From Bugula neritina (lineage: Eukaryota > Animalia > Bryozoa): a stretch of DNA of 64,000 nucleotides. Positions 15,311 through 37,040 of the stretch are shown here, piece after piece. Every line of letters begins with the position of its first letter. The stretch's first letter is position 1. A program made the position numbers and the translations under genes. The stretch spans positions 7,224,741 to 7,288,740 of the forward strand of contig OZ037768.1 in assembly GCA_964035545.1 (NCBI GenBank), in the 5' to 3' direction. The notes under the pieces are model-generated. The model ran no database searches. It worked only from the letters and a program-made list of their open reading frames with translations, and was not told where the DNA came from.

Positions 15311-15830
15311 GCTGGCATAGCCTCTAAAACGCTTTTCTCGTCGTTTTTTAGAGACTATAAAGGCACAACTTTTGCGTGCTTCAAAGTCCATTGGGGGCGA
15401 TATCAACATTATCTTACTGATTAAATAAGCAGTTTGTTGCTCTGAGGCTGTAAACACAAACACGTGTATTGTATATTCATTTGCGTGGGAAATTTTAAAG
15501 TCAACATAATATTTTGATACTCGTACTGATACTTAAAGGTAATATTATGCTTAGCCTTATAGGCTATAGCTATACTATTTGTAGACCATCAGTGTCCCTA
15601 TAGATTTAAATATAGTTATACTAAATTAGAAATAGTGTGAGTATCAACATTCACTCTCAGTCTGAATCTGACACTCACACTGTCACTGGTTCCTGCGTTG
15701 CTCACAGTATGAGTATCAGAGTGACTAGGAGTATAGCTGTAAGTGTATAGAAAAACGAGCTTAAAGGTGATTTTTAGTGTAAGTGTACCCAATATCATAT
15801 TTGATATTAAATATGTGAGTATCAACTTCA
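15000..15830. repeat. Degenerate ~6-bp-periodic low-complexity tracts flanking the NBAS/RAD54B promoter (approx. 15000-15130 and 15630-15830)
   Basis: e.g. AACTCA AACTGA AACTCA AACTGT AAGTCA CTTACA GTTTCA GTTTGA GTTTCA (15033-15086) and ACTCTC AGTCTG AATCTG ACACTC ACACTG (15653-15682). Confidence 0.7.
15311..15538. promoter_or_regulatory. Putative bidirectional promoter shared by NBAS and RAD54B
   Basis: NBAS ATG at 15310 (-). On + there is a candidate 5'-UTR donor AAG|GTAATA at 15539 and an acceptor at 16638 just before the RAD54B ATG. The short interval is flanked on both sides by periodic low-complexity tracts. TSS positions are inferred, not seen. Confidence 0.55.
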
Positions 15831-16645
15831 AGCATGAAATTAAAAATCAAAATGAGCTTAAATCTGTGTTGAAAAAAGCTATGGAGTAAACTTTGATCTT
15901 TTGAAATAAAGATTTTACATAGTTTTTACTAACTGTGAAATTTCTTTTTGCAATTAAGTGTATCTAAAGCCTTTGACTAGGCTGAGGTTATTGTGCTTAT
16001 AACTATTACATTTACAATCTTATAAATTTTATTTTTCTCACAGGTTTTGCTGCATATTGTTTTTTTAGATCTCAATTAGTATCTGAAGTTTATATTAATA
16101 TTTATTTATATTGTTGTGCTGAAAAACTTTTTATGCTACATATATATATATATTTTTACAAACAATATTCTCACACAAATATAGATACAGTATATTAAAT
16201 AGATAGAACAAATTTGTAATATGAAACCATATGTGTTCTAAAAATAACGCACAACATAGTAGGTATATGTTTTGAAAGCATCTATTTGCATGGCATACCT
16301 TCAAGCCAAAATGAAAATATTTAGAGGTCAGTAAAAAGAAACATATATAATGTGAAATATATAGTGCCTAATATATTTTAAAATGAAGCAAACTTTGGAA
16401 TTTCTTAAAGTTTATTTTTAGACAAAGCAACTTACTGTTAATTGTTAAGTAGTTCATCAGTCATTAGTAACAGCATAACTAGACTATAAACAATTATTTA
16501 GTAAAAACTAGTAATGTTTTTTTCAAGTGTGTGATATTGACAGCCGTTATAGCCTAATATCAATTAAAAGAACCAATACTTGGTTATTTTTCATTAATTA
16601 TACGTTTCAATAATTATGTGTTATATATTATTTTACAGACTCAAA

Positions 16646-26968
<10,323 letters not shown>

Positions 26969-27159
26969 CCATTGCAAATCATTGCAAATACAGATTATAT
27001 GACATTCCTCCCCGTAGAAAATAGACAATAATGTGTACAACTGGTATAAAAGTGAACTTGTTGTTTCAAATAATGGTTTTGGAACTGTTCTAGTATATGT
27101 CTAATATTTACATCTTGTGGATAATGTAAGTACCATATATGATGGAATATTAGATTAAA

Positions 27160-27687
27160 TCAACTATCATCATTTTCCTCTACATCTTCATCAAAAGACA
27201 ATAAACTTTTATTCTTCACTTTTTTAGACGTTGATGTCTTTTTCAGTTTTTCAGATTTTTTTTCAGCGTCATTATTCTCAGCTGTTGTTTTCTTTGGCTT
27301 TTTAAAAAATATTTTCTCATCTGTTGCCTCTCTAGGTTTTACAGCTGCTTGTTTTTCAACATGTTTTGCTTCAGATTCTGTTAAATCTCCTGATTTTAAC
27401 ACTACTACCTTGAAATACAAGAACACATTCATACAGTTCATTGCAAATAAAATATATTGTTTGATATTTTATTAAAAACAAAAATATTTATATTATTCGT
27501 GCATCAACATCACCTGTGGTTTTTCATCATCAGGATCTGTGTCTGAATCGGAGTTATCTTCAAGTAGTTCTTGCTTTTTGGTGTCAACAGTTGGACTTTC
27601 TTTGTACCCTGCCTGTAGCTTCATCCTCTTCAGAAAGGCAGGCTCATCTTGTTGGACATATTGAACAGCCCGTTTTTGCTTGGACAT
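27160..27687 (-). CDS. KIAA1143: KIAA1143-like small conserved protein (DUF4604), 2 coding exons (27514-27687, 27160-27408), ~140 aa
   Basis: MSKQKRAVQYVQQDEPAFLKRMKLQAGYKESPTVDTK...DEKPQ|VVVLKSGDLT...KIFFKKP...KNKSLLSFDED matches the remembered KIAA1143 pattern (EPAFL..FK...GY.EGPTV.TK; PQVVVLK.GDL; KNSSLLSF). Phase-0 GT-AG intron. Confidence 0.88.
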
Positions 27688-27989
27688 ACTAAAAACTAGA
27701 ATGCAACAAAAAACAGTTTGAAAAAATTAGAAATATGGCAAAAGACAAAAGGGAACATGTGCCCAAAGTTTCATGTTTAATTAATTATTAGATCAAGTGG
27801 CTTAACAATATTGAAAATTTTTGGTGTGCAATGATTTATTAACAGTAATTAATACTAATAGTCATCTTATTAGATTATAGCACAAAAATACCCAGATATA
27901 ATAAGTGCAGTGCAATTGCCAATTGTATTTATAATAATGTTGATATTCTATCTAGACAGAGAGCCACTACAAATATCAACAAGCCTCTT

Positions 27990-29660
27990 GAATATATAAT
28001 ATTAAAATTAGTATTAGTTGATAATTATCATCACACTCACTGATAAACTTAAAGTGATACTGATAACTTGATAACCATTATCATTATGTCTATGATTATG
28101 ATCAAATTTAATGTAAATAATCATTTAATATCATCATAATAGACAAAATAATAATTATAATTACTACTACTATTGTCCATTACTATTAGTAGTATTACGT
28201 ATTTACTATTACTATTAGTATTAGTATTAATAATAATATTATATTTATTATTATTAGATATTTATATTAATTTTAAATTTAATAACAGTAGGCGTAGCTT
28301 TAGAACTAGAAGTATCAACTATCACGTTCAGCCTATTGTCATTGTGAATGACTGAATCGTTGTGAGCGTGAGTTTCAGTTTAACGTTTAGTTTGATATTT
28401 TAATTTACCTAATGATATTCAATTTCCTATTGATAGTAAGATATTCATATTATTATAATTATTAAGTTTAACTTTAAGTTTAAGTCAAGTTTAACTTCTA
28501 GTAATACTCGTACTGATTAACTCTTTTACTTTCAGTCAACAAGTCGTACATGTATGGTTTCAGTTCCTAGTTATAGTGATATTCATATTATAAGACAGTA
28601 ATTAGAAAAGTTGATAATATCATGATAATGATTATGACAACACTTCTGTAGTAAGACTAAGTACCCATTTAAATTGAATCATAGAATAATGTAAGGACAT
28701 TTAAGGGTCAAGGAAAATAACTTAGTTGTAGTCGCCAGCATTTGTGCTTTCGAATTGGCTCGAATAGTAAGTGAATTATCAGAAAATCCATTATCGTAGC
28801 GAACCGGAACCAGTAATCCAACTACAATATAGAAATGTTGAGGTGAGATTCTAACCGTTTTCAAGCCATAAATAATTCCAAGTATGTTAGGCACAAAGAT
28901 GAAGCATAACTATACGTTTTGGTGCTCCTGTGCTGTAATAATAATCACCACCATACATTGTGTATCAGGTAAGTGCAAAATATTCTTTAAAATTATTTGC
29001 ACACGTTTGAAAAAAGTCGTTATTCTAAGATTCAAAGCAAGTAGGTCAGACTGAATCACTGATCAGTATGACTATGAGTATCACTATCAATATGACTGAG
29101 TATCACTGTGACTATTACTATTAGTGACTGAGGGTTGGACATAAACTTACTCTCAGTGTTAGTGAGTCAGTATCAGTATAAATTTCAAAATCAATATGAT
29201 TATCATAATGATAGTTATAGTAATAGTAAATGTAATAACTATAATAATAATAATAATATAAATATAATTATAATAATTCATACTCATACTGATACTGATA
29301 GTGATACTCATACTCTTACTGATAGTCATAGTGATACTTATACTCATAGTCATACTCATACTGCAACTCAGTCTCACACATCAGACTCAATTTAAACTAA
29401 ATAAGTGAGTATCAGTATGAGATTGAGTTAGACTTAAAATTATTGTTATATTATACTAATAATAACTCAATACTAATCCTAAGAGTAATAGCAATACTAA
29501 AATTAATTAATATTTTCTAGTTATAATGGTTTACTAATGTTAATAATTGTAGTAATACTAAATTAGTATTATTTTTAGTATTACAACCATAATTGTAAAT
29601 TTATATTAGTATTTATAATTGTATGAAATACCATTATCACATTTAATGTAAAACTGATTA
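27990..29660. repeat. Degenerate 3/6-bp-periodic low-complexity tracts flanking the KIAA1143/Ig-gene promoter (approx. 27990-28640 and 29050-29660)
   Basis: e.g. ACTCAT ACTGAT ACTGAT AGTGAT ACTCAT ACTCTT ACTGAT AGTCAT AGTGAT ACTTAT ACTCAT AGTCAT (29282-29353). Confidence 0.75.
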
Positions 29661-32600
29661 CTAATATTGCAGTTTTCTTAATGCTGCTTTTTAACTTTTT
29701 GTCATAAGAGTTCGGGCTTCGCTTTAGGCCTAAGAAAAGTCTTTTATTTGACTGCGTTGCTAATTTTTTGTTCTCTGAATCAAAAAGATCTCATACGAAT
29801 TTCTTGTAGGTCTGGATCCTACTACGACGATCTTCAAGACGGGCCCGGTTATGGACGCTGTGAGGGGGAGCACCTTTGAGTTGAGGTGTGATGTGAGCAA
29901 TCGCCCAGATGGTATCTCGGTATGACAACTTCTTATATGTAGTAACGGCAATGGTTATAGTCCTTCTTTGTGTGTTACTTGTTTAGCATGTAATGTGCAT
30001 TGTGTTCTGTTCCCTCTATGCACACTTATAACATGTTATGTACAGTGAAAGTACCTCTCCTAGTCCACCTTACAGTTATATGTGTATACTTTAATTGCAC
30101 TGTTCAACTCCTGACTGTTTTGCACTCTCTGTTTGTGTAAACTAACTGCATGCCATTTGGCTATCAGTCTCATGGTGGTCCCTGTTCTAATTTATACATA
30201 TATTTATTTGTAAATTGTTTTATACCAGCAAGAGCAGTACATAAAGGTAATATATTTCCTGGCTTTCTAAAACAGTTGTATTTAAAGGCTATCTAATATC
30301 CTTTGATGCGGTATTGTTCTCACTCGGTTTACCTAGCTATTATATATGCATGTGTTGTTACCACATTGGTTATATCACTTCTTTATATAGTTAGTTCTTA
30401 TAGTTTGTTTGATTTATACTTATTTTGCTGATTTAATAATGTTACTGAATTTATTATTCAACCATCTGTTGTGTAGAAGTTCACTATTGTTGGTGTTGTA
30501 AAAAATCACTGAATTCAAAGTTTCTACTAACACCAAATTGTGGGAATGGAATTATTCTCAAACGTATTTCACATTAACACTGCAGCTAACATTATTGTAA
30601 CTGTTAGACTTACTTATTTCTATTCTTTACTCATTTTTCTTTTAATGTAACTCTACTAATTTTCAAAAATAGTGTGTTGTTTTAATTGTTGAGTTTTTTT
30701 ATTTTCATTATAATCTTCAATGTGTGTTACTCTGTATCCCACTCCCACCATCCCATCTTCTTCCCTCATGCATGTAGTAAGTATAGTGTGCCTATAATCA
30801 CTATGTGTCCTCGCCTATACACTTGCTCTCTACAAATCAGTGGTATTTGTAATAACCGTGTGTTATAATTGGTTGTTGGGTATTTTAGGTTCGGTAAGTT
30901 TTAATAATTTGTTTTCAATGTATGTTTACCATCTCTTAAAACGTTTTTGTCTCTAATTTTTTAAAATATATGTTTCTTGGCATAGTTATAGCATACGCAT
31001 GTGTCTGTTAATGTTGTCCAATACTTTTCTTTCAATCTTAGTGCATGCTATAGTTAAGAGTATTATAAGCAATTGTTTAAATATTTGCTGCCTGTTAACT
31101 AGACACGTTGGGAAAGAGACAGCACTAACTGTTCAGAGGGTATTTCTACCTGTAAGATCTTGATTGCCCAAGACCGTCTGCCCAAGGATGAGCAGAAGTA
31201 TGGTCTAAAGTTTCAAGCTGCTGACACCTACTTCCTGATTATCAAGAATGTGGATGAGAATGACGAAGGGAACTACGACTGTCAACTTCCACTGACCCTT
31301 TACACTAAGGTGTATGACACAGTGAGACTCAGGGTAGTGGGTATGTAGCCAGTTATATCTGTACAGAGCAGATTTTAGTGTGTATCTCCTCCTATACTGT
31401 AGGGATGTTGATTATTAAATATGCTTGCATCCATATTTATATCAATTGCTATTAGACATAAATCTGTAAATCTACTTCTATCTTACTACAGAGGCCCCCT
31501 CTATCGATCCCCTGAAGACCAGCTCTGATATGACAGTGACTCTTGGGGAAGATGTTGAATTGACTTGCGCTGCTTATGGCAGGCCAAAGCCTCTTGTTAA
31601 ATGGACTCGTGCTGGAAATAGAATGTTACCAGGCGGTGGATATGTTAGATATGTAAGTACGATGTGTTCTAATGTAATTGAAGTTGTTTGGTAGTGTAAT
31701 TCTAGTCTGTTATTTAAACGGAGCAGTCATCAGTAAAACCTGTTAGGGCATTTCAATTCAACATTGAGGAATATTTCTTGTCAGCATTTTAATGACTGTC
31801 ATTTCTGTATGGTATTCTAGTATGTACATGAATATTATAGTATGTACATTTGCAGTAAATGTACATACTGTAATATTCAAAGAGTTTTTAGGTAACACTT
31901 GATGTGAGCAAACCTCAATTTAATTAGTGTCTTTCAGACTAATTCATGTGTATACATTGTATATTGCAGTCCGAGAAACTGTTGATAAAGGAGATAGACT
32001 TTAACGGCAGAGGGGATTATATTTGTACAGCTACTAATGATTTGGGAGATGATGATCGGATTATCAACATCAATATGGACTGTAAGCATAACCTCCCTCC
32101 CCTCCTCCTCCCCCCCCTCCCTTGCACCCATAAGATGTAATTAACTGTAGTATGAAGAGCATAGGGCTAGTGATTGATGAAACTGAAGCCATGCCTCACA
32201 AGTTGTAAATAATTTTAATTTGATTTATAGCAAATGTACAAGACATGATATAACATACAAACCTGTGAAGTGTGTGAACATGTGTACAATTGTGTCTTGT
32301 TTGCATATACTGCACTGTGTGGTGGCTGTGTTATAGTCCCACCAGATGTACAAGCCAAGAACGCCGGAGCCAGCCAGAAGATTGGATATGAGATTCAGTT
32401 GTTCTGTCACGTAGATGCCTCTTCCAACAGCAGACCTGTTGTGACATGGACTGTCGGTGGTGATGTCGTGGGCAGCTCAAACAGGTGCTCTGTCGATTTA
32501 TATAGCAGCTGATTTTAAGCTCAATATTGCATTGTTTAGAATACAGCTGGGTCTTGTGTTTGACCATTGGTGGTGTCGGGGGTTCTTACAGAGACTTTAA

Positions 32601-33856
32601 AATGTTCAATCAAGATTTTCAATAAAGCTATTAACATCATGCGTATTATACATTGTGCAGTGCATCATACAATGTATAATATGTATAATATATGTTTTAG
32701 ATCACATAATAACCATAAAAATATAGTTGTATAATGCCTAGTGCTTGCTTATTTGTCACACTTTGCTGAAATTAAACAAGCACTGTTTTCTGTAGCATGT
32801 AGCCATGTCTAATGTGTATCATATAGCTATCTTACTGGCACCTGTAGCATGTAGCCATGTCTAATGTGTATCATATAGCTATCTTACTGTTTCCTGTAGC
32901 CATGTCTAATGTGTATCATATAACTATCTTACTGTTTTCTGTTGCAGTGACCTGTATAAAGTGACGGACTACACCTCCGCATTCAGCAGAGTGATCTCCA
33001 AACTCACCATATATAAAGTGAGTCCTGCTGAGATCAACACCGACATTAAATGCAGTGCCAGAAATGCTCTCGGGACAGGCAGCGATGTCTTCAGAATCAC
33101 AGGTACTTAAACTGTTTAGAAAATTATTTGAATTGTTAGTTCTTATATTACTACTAGACTTGCTGCTTCAACAAGTTCGTATAGTTGTGTGCATAACTGA
33201 TACCGTTTAAACATTATGGACATTGTATAATTTGATGCTGTAGACTGTAGAGTAAGAATAAAAACTACCTGATTACAATAGAGAGGTTGCCTTGTTTGTA
33301 ATGCTCAGTCACCAAGGCTATTTGGTTACATTTGGGCCATATTGAAATATCCAGAGATCATTCACTAATGATAACTGATAGATATTACAATTCTAATTTT
33401 AAATGTTGCAAATGCATATATTGTGTTTTGGATTGTATGTATAACCAAAGGATCCAATAAATTTTATTGAAAATAAGTTGATAAGTAAACTGAACCAGAA
33501 AAACAAAGGAGTCATATTTGTCATGAGACAAATTCAAATCCTATCAATGATAATTGGCAACTATCTCTTCACTCAACCTCAATGCTGTTATCAAGTTTTC
33601 TAAGTTGATGGATTAATTGAAGATATAGATACACAAAATGTAGTATAAAATAAATGTGCTTGGTTATACAATATCAAAGCTGCTGCAGATATAGGTAAAA
33701 CATAACTGTAATTAGACAGTCCTGCTAATGCTATCTCTGTATATATTTGCAGAGTCGGACACTGTGCAGCCCATCCGGGGAGCTTCGTCATCATCCAATC
33801 ATCTGCTGCTGACACTTTCTCTGTTGTTATTCTCTGCCATAGCTTGGATTCTTTAA
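28884..33856 (+). CDS. GPI-anchored three-Ig-domain cell-adhesion protein (lachesin/IgLON/DIP-like), 8 coding exons
   Basis: Signal peptide exon 28884-28968 (M...YTFWCSCAVIIITTIHCVSG). Ig1: ELRCDV...TRWER...LIIKNVDENDEGNYDCQ. Ig2: VELTCAAYGRPKPLVKWTR...GRGDYICTATN. Ig3: IQLFCHV...VVTWT...IKCSARNALG. C-terminal GASSSSN plus hydrophobic tail LLLTLSLLLFSAIAWIL* (stop 33854-33856), typical of a GPI signal. All phases are consistent. Confidence 0.88.
32782..32942. repeat. Tandem repeat, ~52-bp unit x3, ending at a splice acceptor
   Basis: Repeated TGTAGCCATGTCTAATGTGTATCATATAGCTATCTTACTG core; the last partial copy supplies the pyrimidine tract of the acceptor at 32947. Confidence 0.85.
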
Positions 33857-34712
33857 ATGAACTGTGTATTTTTATTTATCTCCACATTCCAATTTCTAGC
33901 ATGTAATATGTACTGACATGCTTTTCAAAACTTATGAAGTATCACTTATTTTTGTCAATGTTCTCATTGATTTTACTGGTACGTCGTGTTGCTATGCTAA
34001 TGGCTGCTAATTGTTAGTTTCACAGTTTGAATGACTAAGGTTTATTTTGTTACAGAAAATTACAACTTTTGTCATGTAACACTAGATTAAGCAGTTGACC
34101 GTATTATCACTCAAACAGTACAAAAGCCCTTATTTCAGGTTAGAACCACAGTATAATATTATATCCTTTTAAAATTTAACATTCCATTTGTGTCTCTTCA
34201 TTATCTCTATTATATCGCATTCCATTTTATGTATAAAAGTGTTTTATAATTTTTGTACATTACTGAAATCCCAAATACATTTTTGTATCTATTGCCACTT
34301 ATTTGTGAACATCTACACTATTTTTCTTGTTTACAATTGTATTGTTGCGTCTGTACCTCTATTCAAATGTGGCTGCGACATGTGCAATGCTATTTTCTCC
34401 ATGTCACCCAAGTGGTTCTTGAGAAAACATGCTGCCACCGTGTTCATGTTGACGTGGCTCCGTCCAATCAGGTCATTACACACTTTAGTGTGAAAGTATA
34501 TAAGACTGCATTCTAACACAGGTTGATCACACATCAAAATACTTTTATTATAGAAAGATTTTCAAACTCTACTAGAAGGTAAATATTTTTAGTACGTTTT
34601 CCGCTGAGTTTGAATTTTTACACATCTAGATTTTAAAGCGCTTACTTTTACTCTATAAAATGAATTTCTGTTACTACATGGGCGCATCTGTTAATGGTTA
34701 CAGGGGTGTAAA

Positions 34713-36552
34713 ATGGTGAATCTGTTGACAAGCTTGGTTAGTTTCAGTCTATTGGTGGACTGTGCTGTCGCACATTTTGCTGGAGGTGAGAAAGTCACTG
34801 AGGAAGCTATACTTACATTTAGCATTGAAGATTACCAAGGTAAGTCACTTACACTAGCTGTAGGGTAGAGGTAGCTCTCCTCAACTTCATGTTTGATGAA
34901 ATGCTATTCAATTTGGGTTTATATTTGATCAATTTACCATGTTACTTATATCCTAAACCGGCATACTGCTATAAGTATTGACACCAACTGCTAGCAAAAT
35001 TGTGGGCATAAATGTGGACATAAATCCTTATGGCACTGATTGGCCAACCATCAGAAGGAAAATTTAGTAAGAAGTTTATTATGAGTCCACCCTGTGTTCT
35101 CTCTCTATGTCTAAACTATCATATCATAGGCCCAATATACCATAGATTTACATTAGTAGTTCAGTAAACTAAAAAGCTCTGAATATCATAATGAGGCTGG
35201 TAGTCAAATGTTTTTGCATCTATACTTGTAGCATACATGATACAAGTGAAATATTTTTTCAATTTCAAATGGTAATTTTTATTCATGTATATATTGTAAA
35301 TTTATTTTAAGGTTCTGGTGAGGAAAAAAATGTCTCAATACACATTGGTCTGTTTGGAGAAATCGCTCCAATGTCAGTTTTGAACTTTGTTGGGCTATGC
35401 AAGGGACAAGCTAAACAAGGGGTAAACTGCTTAAGACTTGAGTTGTCGCTCTTTCATAATTTTGTTTAATCTAATGAAATCTTACATTTATAAGATACAA
35501 AAAAATGTATTATTTCTAGAAATTTCTGCATTATGTTGGAACGCCTCTCCACAGAATAGTCCCAGATTTTGTCCTGCAAATGGGAGATGTACTAAATAGA
35601 GATGGCACTGGGGGTTAGTAGCCAATTAAAATTTTCAAAATTAAGTCAGTGCCTAAAACTCTTGCTCTATTAGAAACTTCTGTGCCAGTGTTGACCATTT
35701 GCTGATGACTATAGATCTATAGAACAGTCGCATAAAAGCAATGGCAATAGGATTCTTCCTACTCACTAATGCTTTTATGCTACTCACCCACTAGCATTTC
35801 CAGTGGCTTATAAAAAGCCATTACTTAGTATATGGTTGGCAAATTATTTTTGACGAAATACTACCACAATTCACTGTTGCTCCCTTCTACTACTGACCAG
35901 TTATTGTTTTTGAGTTTATACACAATCTATACTGTAAGTTTGTAATTATAGGTCTCATAATAATAATTAACTTGTAAAACTTTGCTAGGTTACAGCATCT
36001 TTGGGCCTACATATGACGATGAAGATTTCCATATGAGTCATGTCAGCAAAGGGTTTATGGGAATGGCAAACACTGGTAAAAACACCAACGGCTCGCAGTT
36101 CTACATAACTCTAGCTAAGGCTAGATGGTTGGATAGAAGTCATGTTGTATTTGGCAAAGTTATCAAAGGCTTGGTAAGTGAATTGGCTTCATGAAAATAC
36201 TGCTCAAGTTTATATAATACTTAGATTACGATTTGAAATTCTTATATAGGCTCTTTTTCTAAGCAATTAATTACAGTTCCACATTGTTTACTCAATCAAG
36301 GTTTAGATGCAATAATTTTGAATAGCTCATCGTTTTGCATGTAAAGTTACTAGCAGCAACAAGTGCTATGTTTTGTATTGGTAATTTTCTATATAGGATG
36401 TTGTGGCTGAAATTGGAGAGATACCAGCCAGCAAAGCAACAGCCCACCCAATAAAGGACATTACAATATCAGCATGTCAAATAGTTGATATTGACAGGAA
36501 ATGGGTGATGACTGAGGAACAGCTCTTTAGTGATGAAGACATTAAAGTCTAA
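34713..36552 (+). CDS. Signal-peptide-bearing cyclophilin-type peptidyl-prolyl isomerase (cyclophilin B/C-like), 5 exons
   Basis: MVNLLTSLVSFSLLVDCAVA (signal-like); KVTEE; HIGLFGEIAP..VLNF; LHRIVPDFVLQMGD...DGTGGYSIFG; MANTGKNTNGSQFYIT; WLDRSHVVFGKV. Stop TAA 36550-36552. Confidence 0.92.
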
Positions 36553-37040
36553 CTCAAAAAACACTATATGCAATATGTCTGCATAAATAACACAATGGCT
36601 ACTTAACATTTTTGAATACCAATTTATTACCCTTAAAATCAACTAAGTGTTTGCAGCAAATTTGATTTATTCTAATTATTTCTGAAATAGCATAAAATAC
36701 ATGTTTATAAGTTCAATAAAACTGTAAAAAAACTGATTTCTTGACTGCATGTAAATATGTTAAGGTATGTAAAGTGAGTGCAACAAGTAATGAATATAAC
36801 ACTTTCAGATGGTGAAGAAAAATTAGTTTAAAATATATATAATTCAATCAGCCTGTTTAGCTTAAATAAAGCATTGCAAAAATAAGTAAATAATAAATAT
36901 TGAGTGAAGCAGAAAAACTACTTGCTGCGTTATTTTCCAATCCATGCTAAGAAAAATATCATTCAGCATTCAATTTCAAGACCACGAAATAGATAGTTCG
37001 AAGGTCATTGTGAAATAATATGTATATTAAATAGAGCAGC

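Noticed and set aside
28173-29395. Ile/Thr/Ser/His-rich ORFs here and at 45261 and 46600
   Set aside because: Translations of the periodic low-complexity tracts, not proteins.
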